Virus record (IMG/VR): IMGVR_UViG_3300026274_000001
Source: a virus
Lineage: Duplodnaviria > Caudoviricetes
Reading direction: 5' to 3' (one strand)
DNA length: 64,000 nucleotides
Part shown: piece by piece, positions 17,542 through 26,728 of the stretch
How the letters are laid out: every line of letters starts with the position of its first letter
Position numbering within the stretch: position 1 is the stretch's first letter
Program-made: the position numbers and the translations under genes
The notes under the pieces: model-generated
Seen by the model: the letters and a program-made list of their open reading frames with translations, nothing else
What the model was told of the DNA's origin: nothing
Databases searched by the model: none

Positions 17542-17606
17542 ATTATCTGCCATTAGTTCCCTTCATTGTTCCGGTCATCATGGCCATTGTTTATTTTCGG
17601 GCGTAA
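17538..17606 (+). CDS. putative 22-aa hydrophobic peptide
   Basis: MNYLPLVPFIVPVIMAIVYFRA; SD GAGGT. Confidence 0.5.
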   Translation: MNYLPLVPFIVPVIMAIVYFRA

Positions 17607-17614
17607 GGAGTAAG

Positions 17615-18022
17615 ATGTCACCATATCAACAAGCGATGGTCAAAATCGCAGATCTCGAACGACAAAATGCTGATCTGCGGAATCAGATCAAAACAGAACA
17701 TGCTGGAGTAGTGGCCGGGGTCAAGCTTGAACGTGATAAGTTTGCTGAGCGATACGACATGAAGAATCGTATGTGCGTTGACTTGATGCGCGAGCGTATG
17801 CAGATGGTCAATGAAATGCGTAGCTTGCAAGATGACAAAATCTTGCTAGACTGGTTGAATGAAAACAATCATTACATTGAAGTAGATTTTCCCCCTGGCG
17901 CGCACCTGACGACTGCACAGTGGGCTTTCTACTGCCCCAAAGACAGCGGCTATAAGCCTGTACGGGAACGCCTCAAAATCGCTATGGTCGCTTCTCTTGG
18001 TTCTGATTCAGAGGAATTGTAA
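17615..18022 (+). CDS. hypothetical coiled-coil protein
   Basis: SD AAGGAG. Confidence 0.7.
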   Translation: MSPYQQAMVKIADLERQNADLRNQIKTEHAGVVAGVKLERDKFAERYDMKNRMCVDLMRERMQMVNEMRSLQDDKILLDWLNENNHYIEVDFPPGAHLTTAQWAFYCPKDSGYKPVRERLKIAMVASLGSDSEEL

Positions 18023-18270
18023 TGAAATATCTCGAATACAATATCAAGGGTTCACCGAAGAAACTTGAAGTCGATGTGTCAAGCGGTGATATTATCAAGT
18101 ATTTGGTACGCCATTCCGGTGGACGTGAAGAAAACCAAATTCGAGAACTTGCTGAGATTGTTGGTCTCATTGCTGATGCGGCCAAGGTCGACATAACTAA
18201 GGCACTTGCCGATAAGCTGAAGGGCAAGCCGATCAGTGTTAAGTTAAATGAACCGGAGGATACGTTATGA
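18022..18270 (+). CDS. hypothetical protein
   Basis: TAATG coupling. Confidence 0.7.
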   Translation: MKYLEYNIKGSPKKLEVDVSSGDIIKYLVRHSGGREENQIRELAEIVGLIADAAKVDITKALADKLKGKPISVKLNEPEDTL

Positions 18271-18536
18271 TCAAATACGAAACGAATAACATTCGATGGA
18301 ATCGTGAACCGTATGGTGATGAATTCTGGACCGGTGCTGATGGTGGCGACGTACTGATGCAAGTGGTTAATCGCCCCAAGCATTACGACAGTATGAAGGG
18401 TCCAGGGCTGGAAGAGCAACTGGAAAATCTAGTTCGTGCTGTTGGGCGTATTGCTGACAAAACTGGTATCAATCTGCTTAACGTATTTCAAGAAGATGAA
18501 GTGCGTGTGCAATACCGTTTGCAACAAGGCGATTGA
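18267..18536 (+). CDS. hypothetical protein
   Basis: SD GGAGG; C-terminus resembles that of 18022 (VGxIAD). Confidence 0.7.
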   Translation: MIKYETNNIRWNREPYGDEFWTGADGGDVLMQVVNRPKHYDSMKGPGLEEQLENLVRAVGRIADKTGINLLNVFQEDEVRVQYRLQQGD

Positions 18537-18557
18537 CCCGCATTTGAAGGAGCCGTA

Positions 18558-18875
18558 ATGAGTGAAATTATCAATTTCTTCACACGTCGAACCAAAAGAG
18601 TACCGTCAGTAGCATCGACTCGTCCACGGTATTTTGATGCCAATCCGCCAGCAGTTCAAGCGGTAGTGGTGGGACACGGTATTCATTATCTTGCAACCCA
18701 GCGTGGTTTTTTGAAGGGATTCGCTACATATGATGGGAACCGCGTTCCGGAATTTACCGGCAATGCTCGGTTCGCTAAGCAATTTGATTCATTTCAGGAA
18801 GCAGATGATGAAGGTAAGCGTTTGATGTTGCTGCGCGGTGGTATCAAGTATTACTCAATCTTTAAACCTGCGTAG
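18558..18875 (+). CDS. hypothetical protein
   Basis: SD AAGGAG. Confidence 0.7.
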   Translation: MSEIINFFTRRTKRVPSVASTRPRYFDANPPAVQAVVVGHGIHYLATQRGFLKGFATYDGNRVPEFTGNARFAKQFDSFQEADDEGKRLMLLRGGIKYYSIFKPA

Positions 18876-18924
18876 CTTGAAACTGGCGTAGTCAGCCACG
18901 TATAGAGTAAACGAAAACTAAACA

Positions 18925-18950
18925 AGAAGGCCCGCAGATGCGGGCCTTCT
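18925..18950. terminator. hairpin, probable terminator
   Basis: AGAAGGCCCGCA-GA-TGCGGGCCTTCT. Confidence 0.7.
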
Positions 18951-19012
18951 GCCAACTAACAATATTAGCCATCAAAGCTATAATGGTAGCAATATTATTG
19001 AATAGGATACTG

Positions 19013-19405
19013 ATGATTGAATACGATCGTCATCTGAGGATTTGTGCTTATTGTAAAGGTACTGCTGAGCTAGTGAAGGTGAGCAGCAAGTTTTGTGTTG
19101 GCTGCACGAATTGCCCCACTACGCTTGGTTTGGTGGTGAGTATGGTAAACGGTAAACCTATTGTAACCGGAGCATATGATTCTCCCGGAGAGGCAATTGC
19201 ACACTGGAATAAGCGTGCTGATAATGATGACTTGATTGATGAAATTGTGGGGCAAGTGAAGGGCCGGATTGCCGAAAAGCAGCAAAGCAAGGAAGAGTTA
19301 AAACATAGGTGGGGTGCTTGGGCGGGATTCATTAGAGAGCTTGATGCTCAGATGAGTGAACTGCAGATGTTTGCACAGCGGTTAGAACGCTTCAAAACGA
19401 AATAA
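19013..19405 (+). CDS. Lar-like (restriction alleviation) Zn-binding protein with coiled-coil tail
   Basis: CAYCKG...CTNC...YDSPGEAIAHWNKRA. Confidence 0.65.
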   Translation: MIEYDRHLRICAYCKGTAELVKVSSKFCVGCTNCPTTLGLVVSMVNGKPIVTGAYDSPGEAIAHWNKRADNDDLIDEIVGQVKGRIAEKQQSKEELKHRWGAWAGFIRELDAQMSELQMFAQRLERFKTK

Positions 19406-19577
19406 GATGCTGTCAACTGGTTGAGTGTGTGGTAACTAACACACAGCAGCTTATTTACTTGTTACAAGTTGTATTGAGCAAGTGTGTTAGCGGACATAAC
19501 TGCGGTTCACTTATTACTAATACTAATCGACCATATGACTCATCTCGCCGCAAGAAATATCGGGAGGAGTTTATAAC

Positions 19578-19586
19578 ATGACGTAA
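19578..19586 (+). other. two-codon minigene ATG-ACG-TAA
   Basis: Strong SD GGAGGAG at 19563-19569, 8 nt upstream. Confidence 0.45.
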
Positions 19587-19607
19587 ACATATTATTTGGG
19601 GTTTCAA

Positions 19608-19994
19608 ATGCGTAAAGATCTATCGTGCTGCTGCCTTTGTGGTGGGGTAGCAATAATCAGATCAAAAGATCCAGTTCACCGAAGCTTGTATAAATTCAAA
19701 TGCACTGGTTGCGGTCTATCAGTTGATAAAGGCTTTCCGACCAGGGAGGAAGCTAGTGAAGCATGGGAGGCTATCAATACCCCAAAAAATAGAACAATAC
19801 ATGGCATAGTTGTGCCATGTGGTTACACCTTAGTGCCATCAGCCATATTCAAAGAAGCTTGTAATTTTATTCGCCTCAATAATTTCGTCTTATTCAAAAG
19901 TTTGGCACAATATAATATTTGGCATAACAACGATCCAATTAACCCACCTGCTACCCAAATACATGGATCCACTCAATTGATTTCGAACGAATAA
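19608..19994 (+). CDS. Lar-like Zn-binding protein
   Basis: CCLCGG...CTGCG...FPTREEASEAW. Confidence 0.6.
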   Translation: MRKDLSCCCLCGGVAIIRSKDPVHRSLYKFKCTGCGLSVDKGFPTREEASEAWEAINTPKNRTIHGIVVPCGYTLVPSAIFKEACNFIRLNNFVLFKSLAQYNIWHNNDPINPPATQIHGSTQLISNE

Positions 19995-20045
19995 TTGTTG
20001 CCTTTCTGTTGATTGTCTTATAATAGACACTTGAACGGAGGCATA

Positions 20046-20237
20046 ATGAATCATATTGATTCAGACTTCACCCACAACATAATCATTCATTTAATTCTGG
20101 CTTCAGTTGCCTTGTTTTGGACTCGTAATTTCAACCGAAACAATATGATTTTGAGTGAACACGTATTTGGTATATTCTCCATGTATCAAGTTATCGTTGT
20201 GGGATATCACCTATCACTAATATTACAATTACAATAA
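20046..20237 (+). CDS. small membrane protein
   Basis: SD GGAGG; two hydrophobic segments. Confidence 0.55.
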   Translation: MNHIDSDFTHNIIIHLILASVALFWTRNFNRNNMILSEHVFGIFSMYQVIVVGYHLSLILQLQ

Positions 20238-20238
20238 T

Positions 20239-20661
20239 ATGCAGCGCGTCAATAACACGGTTTACCTAGGTGTCAAGGATTTGACAACTGGTGCCGATTT
20301 CATAACCACCGCTACCATCCCACGTTTCAGTGGTCGAAAGAAGCGAGTAAGCTCAAACATCACCTACAAGCGATGGAGAGGTACCACGGCTACGTTGGAT
20401 GAACTAGTATTACGCACAGCAGAACAACTGGTTAGCCAGAGGCAACGTGGCTATAATGCCTCATTTTCAGCTGAAGCCATCGCATACATGATGAAGATCA
20501 AAGTTGATCAGATTCGTCATTCATTGCATCGATTGAACCTTGTTGGTAAAGTGTCTCAGCGCTACAAGCATTGTGCTGAAGGCACGAATCGTGCTTGGTT
20601 TCATTATGGAAATGATAGTGGATGGGCGGCAAACAGATATACACTTTGGTTTAATGGCTAA
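20239..20661 (+). CDS. putative HTH DNA-binding protein
   Basis: FSAEAIAYMMKIKVDQIRHSLHRLNLVGKV. Confidence 0.6.
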   Translation: MQRVNNTVYLGVKDLTTGADFITTATIPRFSGRKKRVSSNITYKRWRGTTATLDELVLRTAEQLVSQRQRGYNASFSAEAIAYMMKIKVDQIRHSLHRLNLVGKVSQRYKHCAEGTNRAWFHYGNDSGWAANRYTLWFNG

Positions 20662-20685
20662 ACTTTGATAGCTTATACTATAAGC

Positions 20686-20713
20686 TAGATTTTTGTGTGT
20701 GAAATGCTATACT
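20686..20713 (+). promoter_or_regulatory. sigma70-type promoter with extended -10
   Basis: TAGATT-16-TATACT with TGn. Confidence 0.55.
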
Positions 20714-20767
20714 ACCTACGCTATGTGACGAACATAGCTTAACTACAGTTCAATAAAAGGTCTGCAT

Positions 20768-21664
20768 ATGTCGACGACACCGACTCGCATACGATGGACT
20801 GAGGTAGAGAAGATAGCGTTAGCGCAAGCAACATATGGCTATCTTCGGATCTACCCAGGAACCAGGCTAATGAAGGCGTTTGCCGCTGCTCAAGATGTAC
20901 TTGAGGAAGGTCGAAAACGGAAAATATTAGCCAAAGCTGAAATATCTTGGATCGACGATTACCTAGTTAAGGTAGAAACGGATACCGAAGACAACTTGTT
21001 TAAGTTGGCAGCTGAACGTGATCGTAACCCAGAAGCGAATAACGTATTCCAGTTCCAAGCAAAACAAGCCCCACTCCCACTAGACTCATTGGAGCACACA
21101 GCTCCGTCGCCGCAAGCTCTCCAAGTCGATCTACAGTCTATTCCGTTAGAGGAACTGACTACAATATGGTTAAGTCGCTTTGTTCAAGAACATATAATGC
21201 CCAACGTTGACAAGATCGTGGAAGACATAGTGAGCAAAAAAACTGCTGCAATGCTTGAGCAAATTCAAGTAATGCAAGGTGAACAAGGTCGATTGCAAAT
21301 CGTAGCACCCCGATATGCCCAGCGACATATGCGCCGCAAAGTACTAATACTTGGTTTGTTGGGTAATCAAGTTACAGTTATCAAACAGCGATTCGACAAT
21401 CAGCTTGATCTAACACTGGTCGGTACCGATCATAATCACGACGGGCTAATAGGCTTGGCCAAGTCGCATGATGTTGGTATAGTGATGACTAAGTTTGTTA
21501 ATCACTCCCAGCAGGATCAAGTTAAACGCAACTCCCCGCATGCAGTAATGATTAGTGGTGCGACCAGTGACCTATCCAACGTGCTTAATTCGTTAGTTTC
21601 AGAAGGGAAGAAGGGATTAGACGGACACCATTATGGTAAGGGCCAAAACGGATTCCAATCATAA
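20768..21664 (+). CDS. DUF2325-like C-terminal domain protein
   Basis: KVLILG...DVGIVMTKFVNHSQQDQVK. Confidence 0.65.
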   Translation: MSTTPTRIRWTEVEKIALAQATYGYLRIYPGTRLMKAFAAAQDVLEEGRKRKILAKAEISWIDDYLVKVETDTEDNLFKLAAERDRNPEANNVFQFQAKQAPLPLDSLEHTAPSPQALQVDLQSIPLEELTTIWLSRFVQEHIMPNVDKIVEDIVSKKTAAMLEQIQVMQGEQGRLQIVAPRYAQRHMRRKVLILGLLGNQVTVIKQRFDNQLDLTLVGTDHNHDGLIGLAKSHDVGIVMTKFVNHSQQDQVKRNSPHAVMISGATSDLSNVLNSLVSEGKKGLDGHHYGKGQNGFQS

Positions 21665-21680
21665 TAGTTAGTGGTAATAT

Positions 21681-21722
21681 AGAAAGCTTAGTTCTCGCTG
21701 ACGAGGTGGGACCTAAGCTTTC
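21681..21722. terminator. long hairpin, probable terminator
   Basis: AGAAAGCTTAG...CTAAGCTTTCT. Confidence 0.55.
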
Positions 21723-21735
21723 TTGCCATCAGGGC

Positions 21736-21773
21736 TTGCGTAGTTCTTCATATGAATTTATTATATGAGCAAC
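21736..21773 (+). promoter_or_regulatory. early promoter, hairpin family
   Basis: TTGCGT-17-TATTAT; GTTCTTCATATGA/TTATATGAGCAAC. Confidence 0.85.
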
Positions 21774-21792
21774 ATAACTTGACGGAGTTGAT

Positions 21793-22092
21793 ATGCAAAA
21801 TTTGGGCCGTGAGCTGCGCAACAAAGATCTCCAAGGGCATCTTGCTGATTCGGGCCGAAGCGTTCAAGAGTTGGTTATGGGTATTGTCAACGAAATTGAA
21901 GATGCACTTGCTCTCGAGCGCAAGCGCATGAGCTTCATGGTGTATTACGGGCGCTTTATGTGCATGGACGACCGGGGTAACTACTGGATGGCACGTATTG
22001 ACGGTCATTTCAAATGGAAGACGAACGAGTTTCGTTCACCCCAAGAAGCTATTGATGCTGGTATGATTATTAATAAATGGAGCGGTCAGTGA
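21793..22092 (+). CDS. hypothetical protein
   Basis: SD GGAG. Confidence 0.7.
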   Translation: MQNLGRELRNKDLQGHLADSGRSVQELVMGIVNEIEDALALERKRMSFMVYYGRFMCMDDRGNYWMARIDGHFKWKTNEFRSPQEAIDAGMIINKWSGQ

Positions 22093-22418
22093 ACGCAATC
22101 ACCCGTATGCCACCGGATATTTTCATTGGCCAAAACGCGATTGTCAACCGAGAAGTTGGTACCGTTACTGGCTTTCGAACTGACTTCCCACATGAATACA
22201 TTGCAGTTCAACTCAAGTCGAAGGGATATGCATCAAACTACAGCCCTCATAATGTCAAGCTGCTGACCCCATTGTCGAACGAATATCTACGTGGGGTGTT
22301 GCGCACATTGGAAGCTGCTAGGCAGCTTATTGGGACCGCCGATAGCTTCAAAGCCCCTGAGGTTCTTGCAGAGCTTGAAGCTTCAATACTTCATACACGG
22401 GAGATGATTGATGAGTGA
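22089..22418 (+). CDS. hypothetical protein
   Basis: GTGA overlap (alternative start 22077). Confidence 0.65.
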   Translation: MNAITRMPPDIFIGQNAIVNREVGTVTGFRTDFPHEYIAVQLKSKGYASNYSPHNVKLLTPLSNEYLRGVLRTLEAARQLIGTADSFKAPEVLAELEASILHTREMIDE

Positions 22419-22620
22419 AATGTCACCGACCGATACTAGGGAATGGGCAAAAGAAGAGCTACTTGATGCGCTCGATGCATTCATTGTCACCTGGAAGGAG
22501 AATGAACGTCCTCACAGTTATGCCATCGAAGAGCTGAATGCGCTTTATCTTCAGAGAAATCGTGTAGCAAGACTGTTCAAATTGGCAGTCAAAAAGGTAG
22601 ATTACACGCAGGGTTCGTGA
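22411..22620 (+). CDS. hypothetical protein
   Basis: SD GGGAG. Confidence 0.65.
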   Translation: MSEMSPTDTREWAKEELLDALDAFIVTWKENERPHSYAIEELNALYLQRNRVARLFKLAVKKVDYTQGS

Positions 22621-22662
22621 CTGCACCTTAATTTAATTTCAAGTCTGTAACAATATGGCAAT

Positions 22663-22689
22663 AAGCCGCCTTGATATGGCGGCTTTTTT
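22663..22689 (+). terminator. intrinsic terminator
   Basis: AAGCCGCC-TTGATAT-GGCGGCTTTTTT. Confidence 0.85.
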
Positions 22690-22725
22690 GCCATATCATA
22701 CGCTTACATAGAATAACTACAGCGT

Positions 22726-23697
22726 ATGAAAATCAACTACTATTTGACCTATCACGCCATCGAGCGAATTCAAGAACGATTTGGGGCACTATGCATGCAG
22801 CATCCACAACTAAAGAAGTGGAAGCGTGGTGACGACATTCTCGCAGCAAAAGACACGATTGATGATTTTGTTCGGGCTGCTGAAGAAAACAAATCTTTCA
22901 TTAATAACACCAAACATATGGTGTACTTGTATGAAACCTATGGGTACTCTACCGCATTTAAATTTTTAGAATATAAAGAACACGCGATGGTGCTGATCAT
23001 GTGTCAGGTACCAGACAAGGATGTGTATCGACTAGTTACAGTCACACCAACAAGCTACCGTCCCCTTGCCACAAACGTAAAATACAACAAGACTGATCGA
23101 ATTGAAATAAAGAAAGAAAAGGAATTGAAGTCTTGGTATAAGACATTGAGTCCAGTTGCCCAACAGAAACTTGCTCTATCAAAAGATGAACAGCTTGAGC
23201 AAATGCTCAAACTAGCAAAACACGAGCGGCGGGCAGTTTTGATTACGCACCGCCCCAATGACAGTTCACTATATCGTGTAGTGATTAATAAAAAAGCATA
23301 TAGCTTTACTTACTTGGTTTCTAGAGCTGATTGCCGAACTACCACCACGATTGAAGTTCAAAATATTGAAGATGTCGATGAACCAGATTCCACACCACCG
23401 CCACCAGCGGACGCAATCCCGGTGAAATACAAATCGTTCAATATTGATCCGGATTTGCAATTGTTATTGGATGACAAATTGAAATATGCTCTTTCTGGAG
23501 CCGTATATCGAGGTGAGGCAAAGCAAGTAGTGCGTCGAGAAGGTAATACGACAGTTGGTCCAGGATGGTGGAAAGTGGTATTGGATGGCATCGAATACGA
23601 ATATATTCGTCATGCGAAAAAAGTGAGACTTGACATTTATCTTTTGAAGGTAACTAACTTATTTGGGGTGTTAAATGCTAGCAGCGGAAATTCGTAA
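22726..23697 (+). CDS. hypothetical protein (323 aa)
   Basis: Long ORF; N-terminal TYHAIERIQERF motif. Confidence 0.75.
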   Translation: MKINYYLTYHAIERIQERFGALCMQHPQLKKWKRGDDILAAKDTIDDFVRAAEENKSFINNTKHMVYLYETYGYSTAFKFLEYKEHAMVLIMCQVPDKDVYRLVTVTPTSYRPLATNVKYNKTDRIEIKKEKELKSWYKTLSPVAQQKLALSKDEQLEQMLKLAKHERRAVLITHRPNDSSLYRVVINKKAYSFTYLVSRADCRTTTTIEVQNIEDVDEPDSTPPPPADAIPVKYKSFNIDPDLQLLLDDKLKYALSGAVYRGEAKQVVRREGNTTVGPGWWKVVLDGIEYEYIRHAKKVRLDIYLLKVTNLFGVLNASSGNS

Positions 23698-23971
23698 TTT
23701 GATGGAGCGACTGAACCAGGCTGAAGAATCTTGTGATGGTGATGCCATTGAGTGCGCTGAAGAGCAATGCGCAGCAATGCTCTATCGAGTAGTGGATATC
23801 GTAGAGAACTATGAATTTTTAGCTACTCATGTTGCCTACATGCAAGTAGATTTTGATTGGGGTGGCCGAGACAAGATTTACAATGACAGTAAAAACTTCA
23901 ACACTTTTCATGAAGTAGTAAGTGACAGTTTGGAACAAAACAAGCCTAGTGAAGAGGCAGATGATGAATAA
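23675..23971 (+). CDS. hypothetical protein
   Basis: MLAAEIRNLMERL N-terminus; acidic. Confidence 0.65.
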   Translation: MLAAEIRNLMERLNQAEESCDGDAIECAEEQCAAMLYRVVDIVENYEFLATHVAYMQVDFDWGGRDKIYNDSKNFNTFHEVVSDSLEQNKPSEEADDE

Positions 23972-24236
23972 TTATTGGATTTCATGGTATCACAAAACCG
24001 ATTTGGGTGAATTTGAATTACATTCACCTTGGTGGGTTTCAGGTAGTGATTTAGACGGAAATGTCACAATTGTTGCGGCAGTTAAAGCGGATGATGAAGA
24101 TGCTGCTCGTGTCGTTATTCATGAATGTTATGACAAACCGCCATTCACTCTTGACTGGCGCTTCGTAAATGAACGAGAAGCTGATTGGTCACCATATTGT
24201 GATCGGTTTCCACAAGCTAATTGGATGAAGTGGTAA
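23961..24236 (+). CDS. hypothetical Trp-rich phage protein
   Basis: YWISWY...PWWVSG...WRFVNERE. Confidence 0.7.
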   Translation: MMNNYWISWYHKTDLGEFELHSPWWVSGSDLDGNVTIVAAVKADDEDAARVVIHECYDKPPFTLDWRFVNEREADWSPYCDRFPQANWMKW

Positions 24237-24242
24237 TAACGC

Positions 24243-24278
24243 TTGATTAGTAATGACAGTTGCCATAATATGGCAACT
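24243..24278 (+). promoter_or_regulatory. promoter, TTGCCA/TGGCAA dyad class
   Basis: TTGATT-17-TAATAT; AGTTGCCATA-A-TATGGCAACT. Confidence 0.75.
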
Positions 24279-24304
24279 CCTAAAAATAGAATTAAGGTAG
24301 TGAA

Positions 24305-24793
24305 ATGAAAGAGATGGAAATTAACCGAGGTAGCTGGCACTACAAGCTGGCGAAGAAGTTTGGTGGACTGACTTATCACCACGATGACTTCTGTTCATAT
24401 ACGCGTCGAGTGCTGTTGGGGATGCTTAGTTTGTTTTGTCTGACCCTTCTTGCTACCTTGGCAGTCTATATGGTTACGAGTGGTGCATACTTTATCTACT
24501 TGCGCTTCGCACTTGGTCATTGGCCCAAGGAAGGCTGGTATGCTGTTGGAGTTTTCATCGACGTTGTGATTCTTCTTGTATGTGCGATCATTGGTATTAT
24601 CGCAGGCGGTGCTTGGTGGTTTGAACGGGCAAAAGACACAAGAGAAGAACGGAGACATCAGCAACGAGTGGCTGATGAAGAGTATTATGCACGGCATGGC
24701 TCTTATCCAGTACGTGAACCAGAAACGCACTTTATCCGTGATTCATATCGCGCATTTAAAGAAAAGACTTGCTATCGAATCACACTCGAATAA
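24305..24793 (+). CDS. two-TM membrane protein
   Basis: Two long hydrophobic segments. Confidence 0.8.
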   Translation: MKEMEINRGSWHYKLAKKFGGLTYHHDDFCSYTRRVLLGMLSLFCLTLLATLAVYMVTSGAYFIYLRFALGHWPKEGWYAVGVFIDVVILLVCAIIGIIAGGAWWFERAKDTREERRHQQRVADEEYYARHGSYPVREPETHFIRDSYRAFKEKTCYRITLE

Positions 24794-24803
24794 GAGATAT
24801 GGC

Positions 24804-24840
24804 TTGATTTCATAGCCATATGAATGCATCATGTGACCAT
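24804..24840 (+). promoter_or_regulatory. early promoter, hairpin family
   Basis: TTGATT-17-CATCAT; CATATGA-N5-TCATGTG. Confidence 0.8.
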
Positions 24841-24857
24841 CGTAACTAGAGGGGAAC

Positions 24858-25034
24858 ATGATGCTTACTCGATTGCAAAAGACGTTGTTGATGATCACCG
24901 CCATTCTGTTTGCGTTCGCATACTTGCTTGACGGATCCTCGATTGGTCTTTTATTTGGTCTTGCTGGTGTGTCGTTAGTCGTGTATACAATTCATAAACT
25001 ACCCAAGCGTTCTACCAAGTGCACGGGTTTGTAA
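24858..25034 (+). CDS. small membrane protein (58 aa)
   Basis: SD AGGGGA; two hydrophobic segments; not in the supplied track. Confidence 0.6.
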   Translation: MMLTRLQKTLLMITAILFAFAYLLDGSSIGLLFGLAGVSLVVYTIHKLPKRSTKCTGL

Positions 25035-25046
25035 AAGAAAAATAAA

Positions 25047-25262
25047 ATGATTCCACCATCTATTATTCAACATAATGATGAACTGTCGGGCAAACACAAG
25101 CTATTGATGATCTTATTCTTTGCCTCTGTGTCGCTTGGCTGCGCGAGTGCAAAGTATCATTGGTATTGTATATTGGGGACGGTACTGTTCTCGACCGCTT
25201 GCTACGGGGCACTACTGTGGTCATTGATGCTCGATATTCGTAAAAGCAAAACATCTAACTGA
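25047..25262 (+). CDS. small membrane protein
   Basis: Two hydrophobic segments. Confidence 0.6.
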   Translation: MIPPSIIQHNDELSGKHKLLMILFFASVSLGCASAKYHWYCILGTVLFSTACYGALLWSLMLDIRKSKTSN

Positions 25263-25271
25263 CTTACATTG

Positions 25272-25306
25272 TTGACATTGCCAGTTATCCCATTATAATT
25301 GGCAAT
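25272..25306 (+). promoter_or_regulatory. promoter, TTGCCA/TGGCAA dyad class
   Basis: TTGACA-16-TATAAT; ATTGCCAGTTAT/ATAATTGGCAAT. Confidence 0.85.
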
Positions 25307-25332
25307 AAGAATAAAAATAATAAAGGATTAAC

Positions 25333-25662
25333 ATGAAAGCCATAGCAATCGCAATTGGATGCGTTATCGTATTTCTAATTGCAGTGATCGGTCTAACTGA
25401 ATTCGGATTTCGACTCGATCAGCATTATCAACCACGAGAAGAACAAGTTCGTAGAGATACGTTCGCACAAAGTCAAACATACAACGAAGGTATGGCTCGT
25501 GACTTGCAAAACCTGCGTCAAGCATATTTGGATGCAGACACACCAGAGAAAAAGGGTGCAATTCAATCTACAGTACGTCAGCGTTATGCTGGGTATGACG
25601 TAGATCAGCTTCCACCTGATCTAGTTCTGTTTTACAACAAGATGTTGAACCCAGCCCAATAA
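25333..25662 (+). CDS. membrane-anchored hypothetical protein
   Basis: N-terminal TM; SD AAGGA. Confidence 0.75.
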   Translation: MKAIAIAIGCVIVFLIAVIGLTEFGFRLDQHYQPREEQVRRDTFAQSQTYNEGMARDLQNLRQAYLDADTPEKKGAIQSTVRQRYAGYDVDQLPPDLVLFYNKMLNPAQ

Positions 25663-25671
25663 GAATAAAAT

Positions 25672-26184
25672 ATGAAACTGTATCATTTGTATCTACTGCC
25701 GTCTGCTATTTGTGGTGTTGCCTTAATGTTGGCTGGTTGCGATCAACAACCGACAGCAGATCAGATCCAGAATCAGCGCCAAGAAGCTGTAAACAAGCAA
25801 GCGGTCATGTCAGTGGGTTTGCCGACTATCCAAAACTTCCAAGAGAAGCGGGTTCTTAAGCAAATTTTTGAACAACGAGATCAAGCGATCTCCACTGTCA
25901 CCTATCTGACAGACTTCAATGCGCATTTGCATAAGCTTTGCGATTCGATTGGTTACACGATTCCAGGTGGCACTCAGTTCACCAATCCACAACATTTGGA
26001 ACAAGCCTACAGCGGTAGTGGCTATTATCCTATGCCACAGGCAGATCCAAATGGCCTGTACTCACCAGCCTCTGCTGACGGTTCTTACATCATCTGCAAG
26101 AATCCAGCAAACCCCACTGAAACCGGTGCGGTATATTCTGAGCCGAAGCTAATCACAAGTCCGTTCCCACTGGACGTGAAGTAA
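25672..26184 (+). CDS. lipoprotein
   Basis: Lipobox LAGC. Confidence 0.8.
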   Translation: MKLYHLYLLPSAICGVALMLAGCDQQPTADQIQNQRQEAVNKQAVMSVGLPTIQNFQEKRVLKQIFEQRDQAISTVTYLTDFNAHLHKLCDSIGYTIPGGTQFTNPQHLEQAYSGSGYYPMPQADPNGLYSPASADGSYIICKNPANPTETGAVYSEPKLITSPFPLDVK

Positions 26185-26186
26185 GT

Positions 26187-26228
26187 TTGAATGTTGCCAG
26201 TTATCGTGTAATATTGCGAACTGGCAAC
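26187..26228 (+). promoter_or_regulatory. promoter, TTGCCA/TGGCAA dyad class
   Basis: TTGAAT-16-TAATAT; GTTGCCAGTT/AACTGGCAAC. Confidence 0.75.
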
Positions 26229-26249
26229 TTTGCCATCTAAAAGAATAAT

Positions 26250-26459
26250 ATGAATAATCTTATCGCCCCCATTATCGTGTTTGTGCTAGCAGTAATCGCC
26301 AATGTGTTGGTTCATGTTGTACATTTGCCAGACACCGGCAGTTATCTTTTTACGTTGCTGCTGTCGGGCGCTTGGCTTTATTCAGAAGATAAAATTAACA
26401 AGCTTGAAAAGCAAGTTGCTGCCCTGCAGGCAGATATCATTAAAGGACATACCTCTTAA
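26250..26459 (+). CDS. small membrane protein
   Basis: Two TM segments plus short coiled coil. Confidence 0.7.
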   Translation: MNNLIAPIIVFVLAVIANVLVHVVHLPDTGSYLFTLLLSGAWLYSEDKINKLEKQVAALQADIIKGHTS

Positions 26460-26461
26460 TC

Positions 26462-26728
26462 ATGAATGTCGATGTTGAATACCCTAATGCCCGTCGTATT
26501 ATTCCTCAAGAAAAACGCGATGAGCCGGCTGCGAGTGCGTTGACTGGTAGCACGCTAACAATTGATAGCTGGCATCTCAAGGAATTGCTTACTGACGTAG
26601 TATCAAAGCAAACTGGCCATAAGGTCACTGCCGTACAGTTCAATACTGGAGCAACTGCGAGTGTTTGGTCTACAGATCCAAAAGATGTATTTCAATCAGT
26701 GACCGTGACCTTGGGTAACAAACTGTAA
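26462..26728 (+). CDS. hypothetical protein
   Basis: Operon context. Confidence 0.65.
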   Translation: MNVDVEYPNARRIIPQEKRDEPAASALTGSTLTIDSWHLKELLTDVVSKQTGHKVTAVQFNTGATASVWSTDPKDVFQSVTVTLGNKL

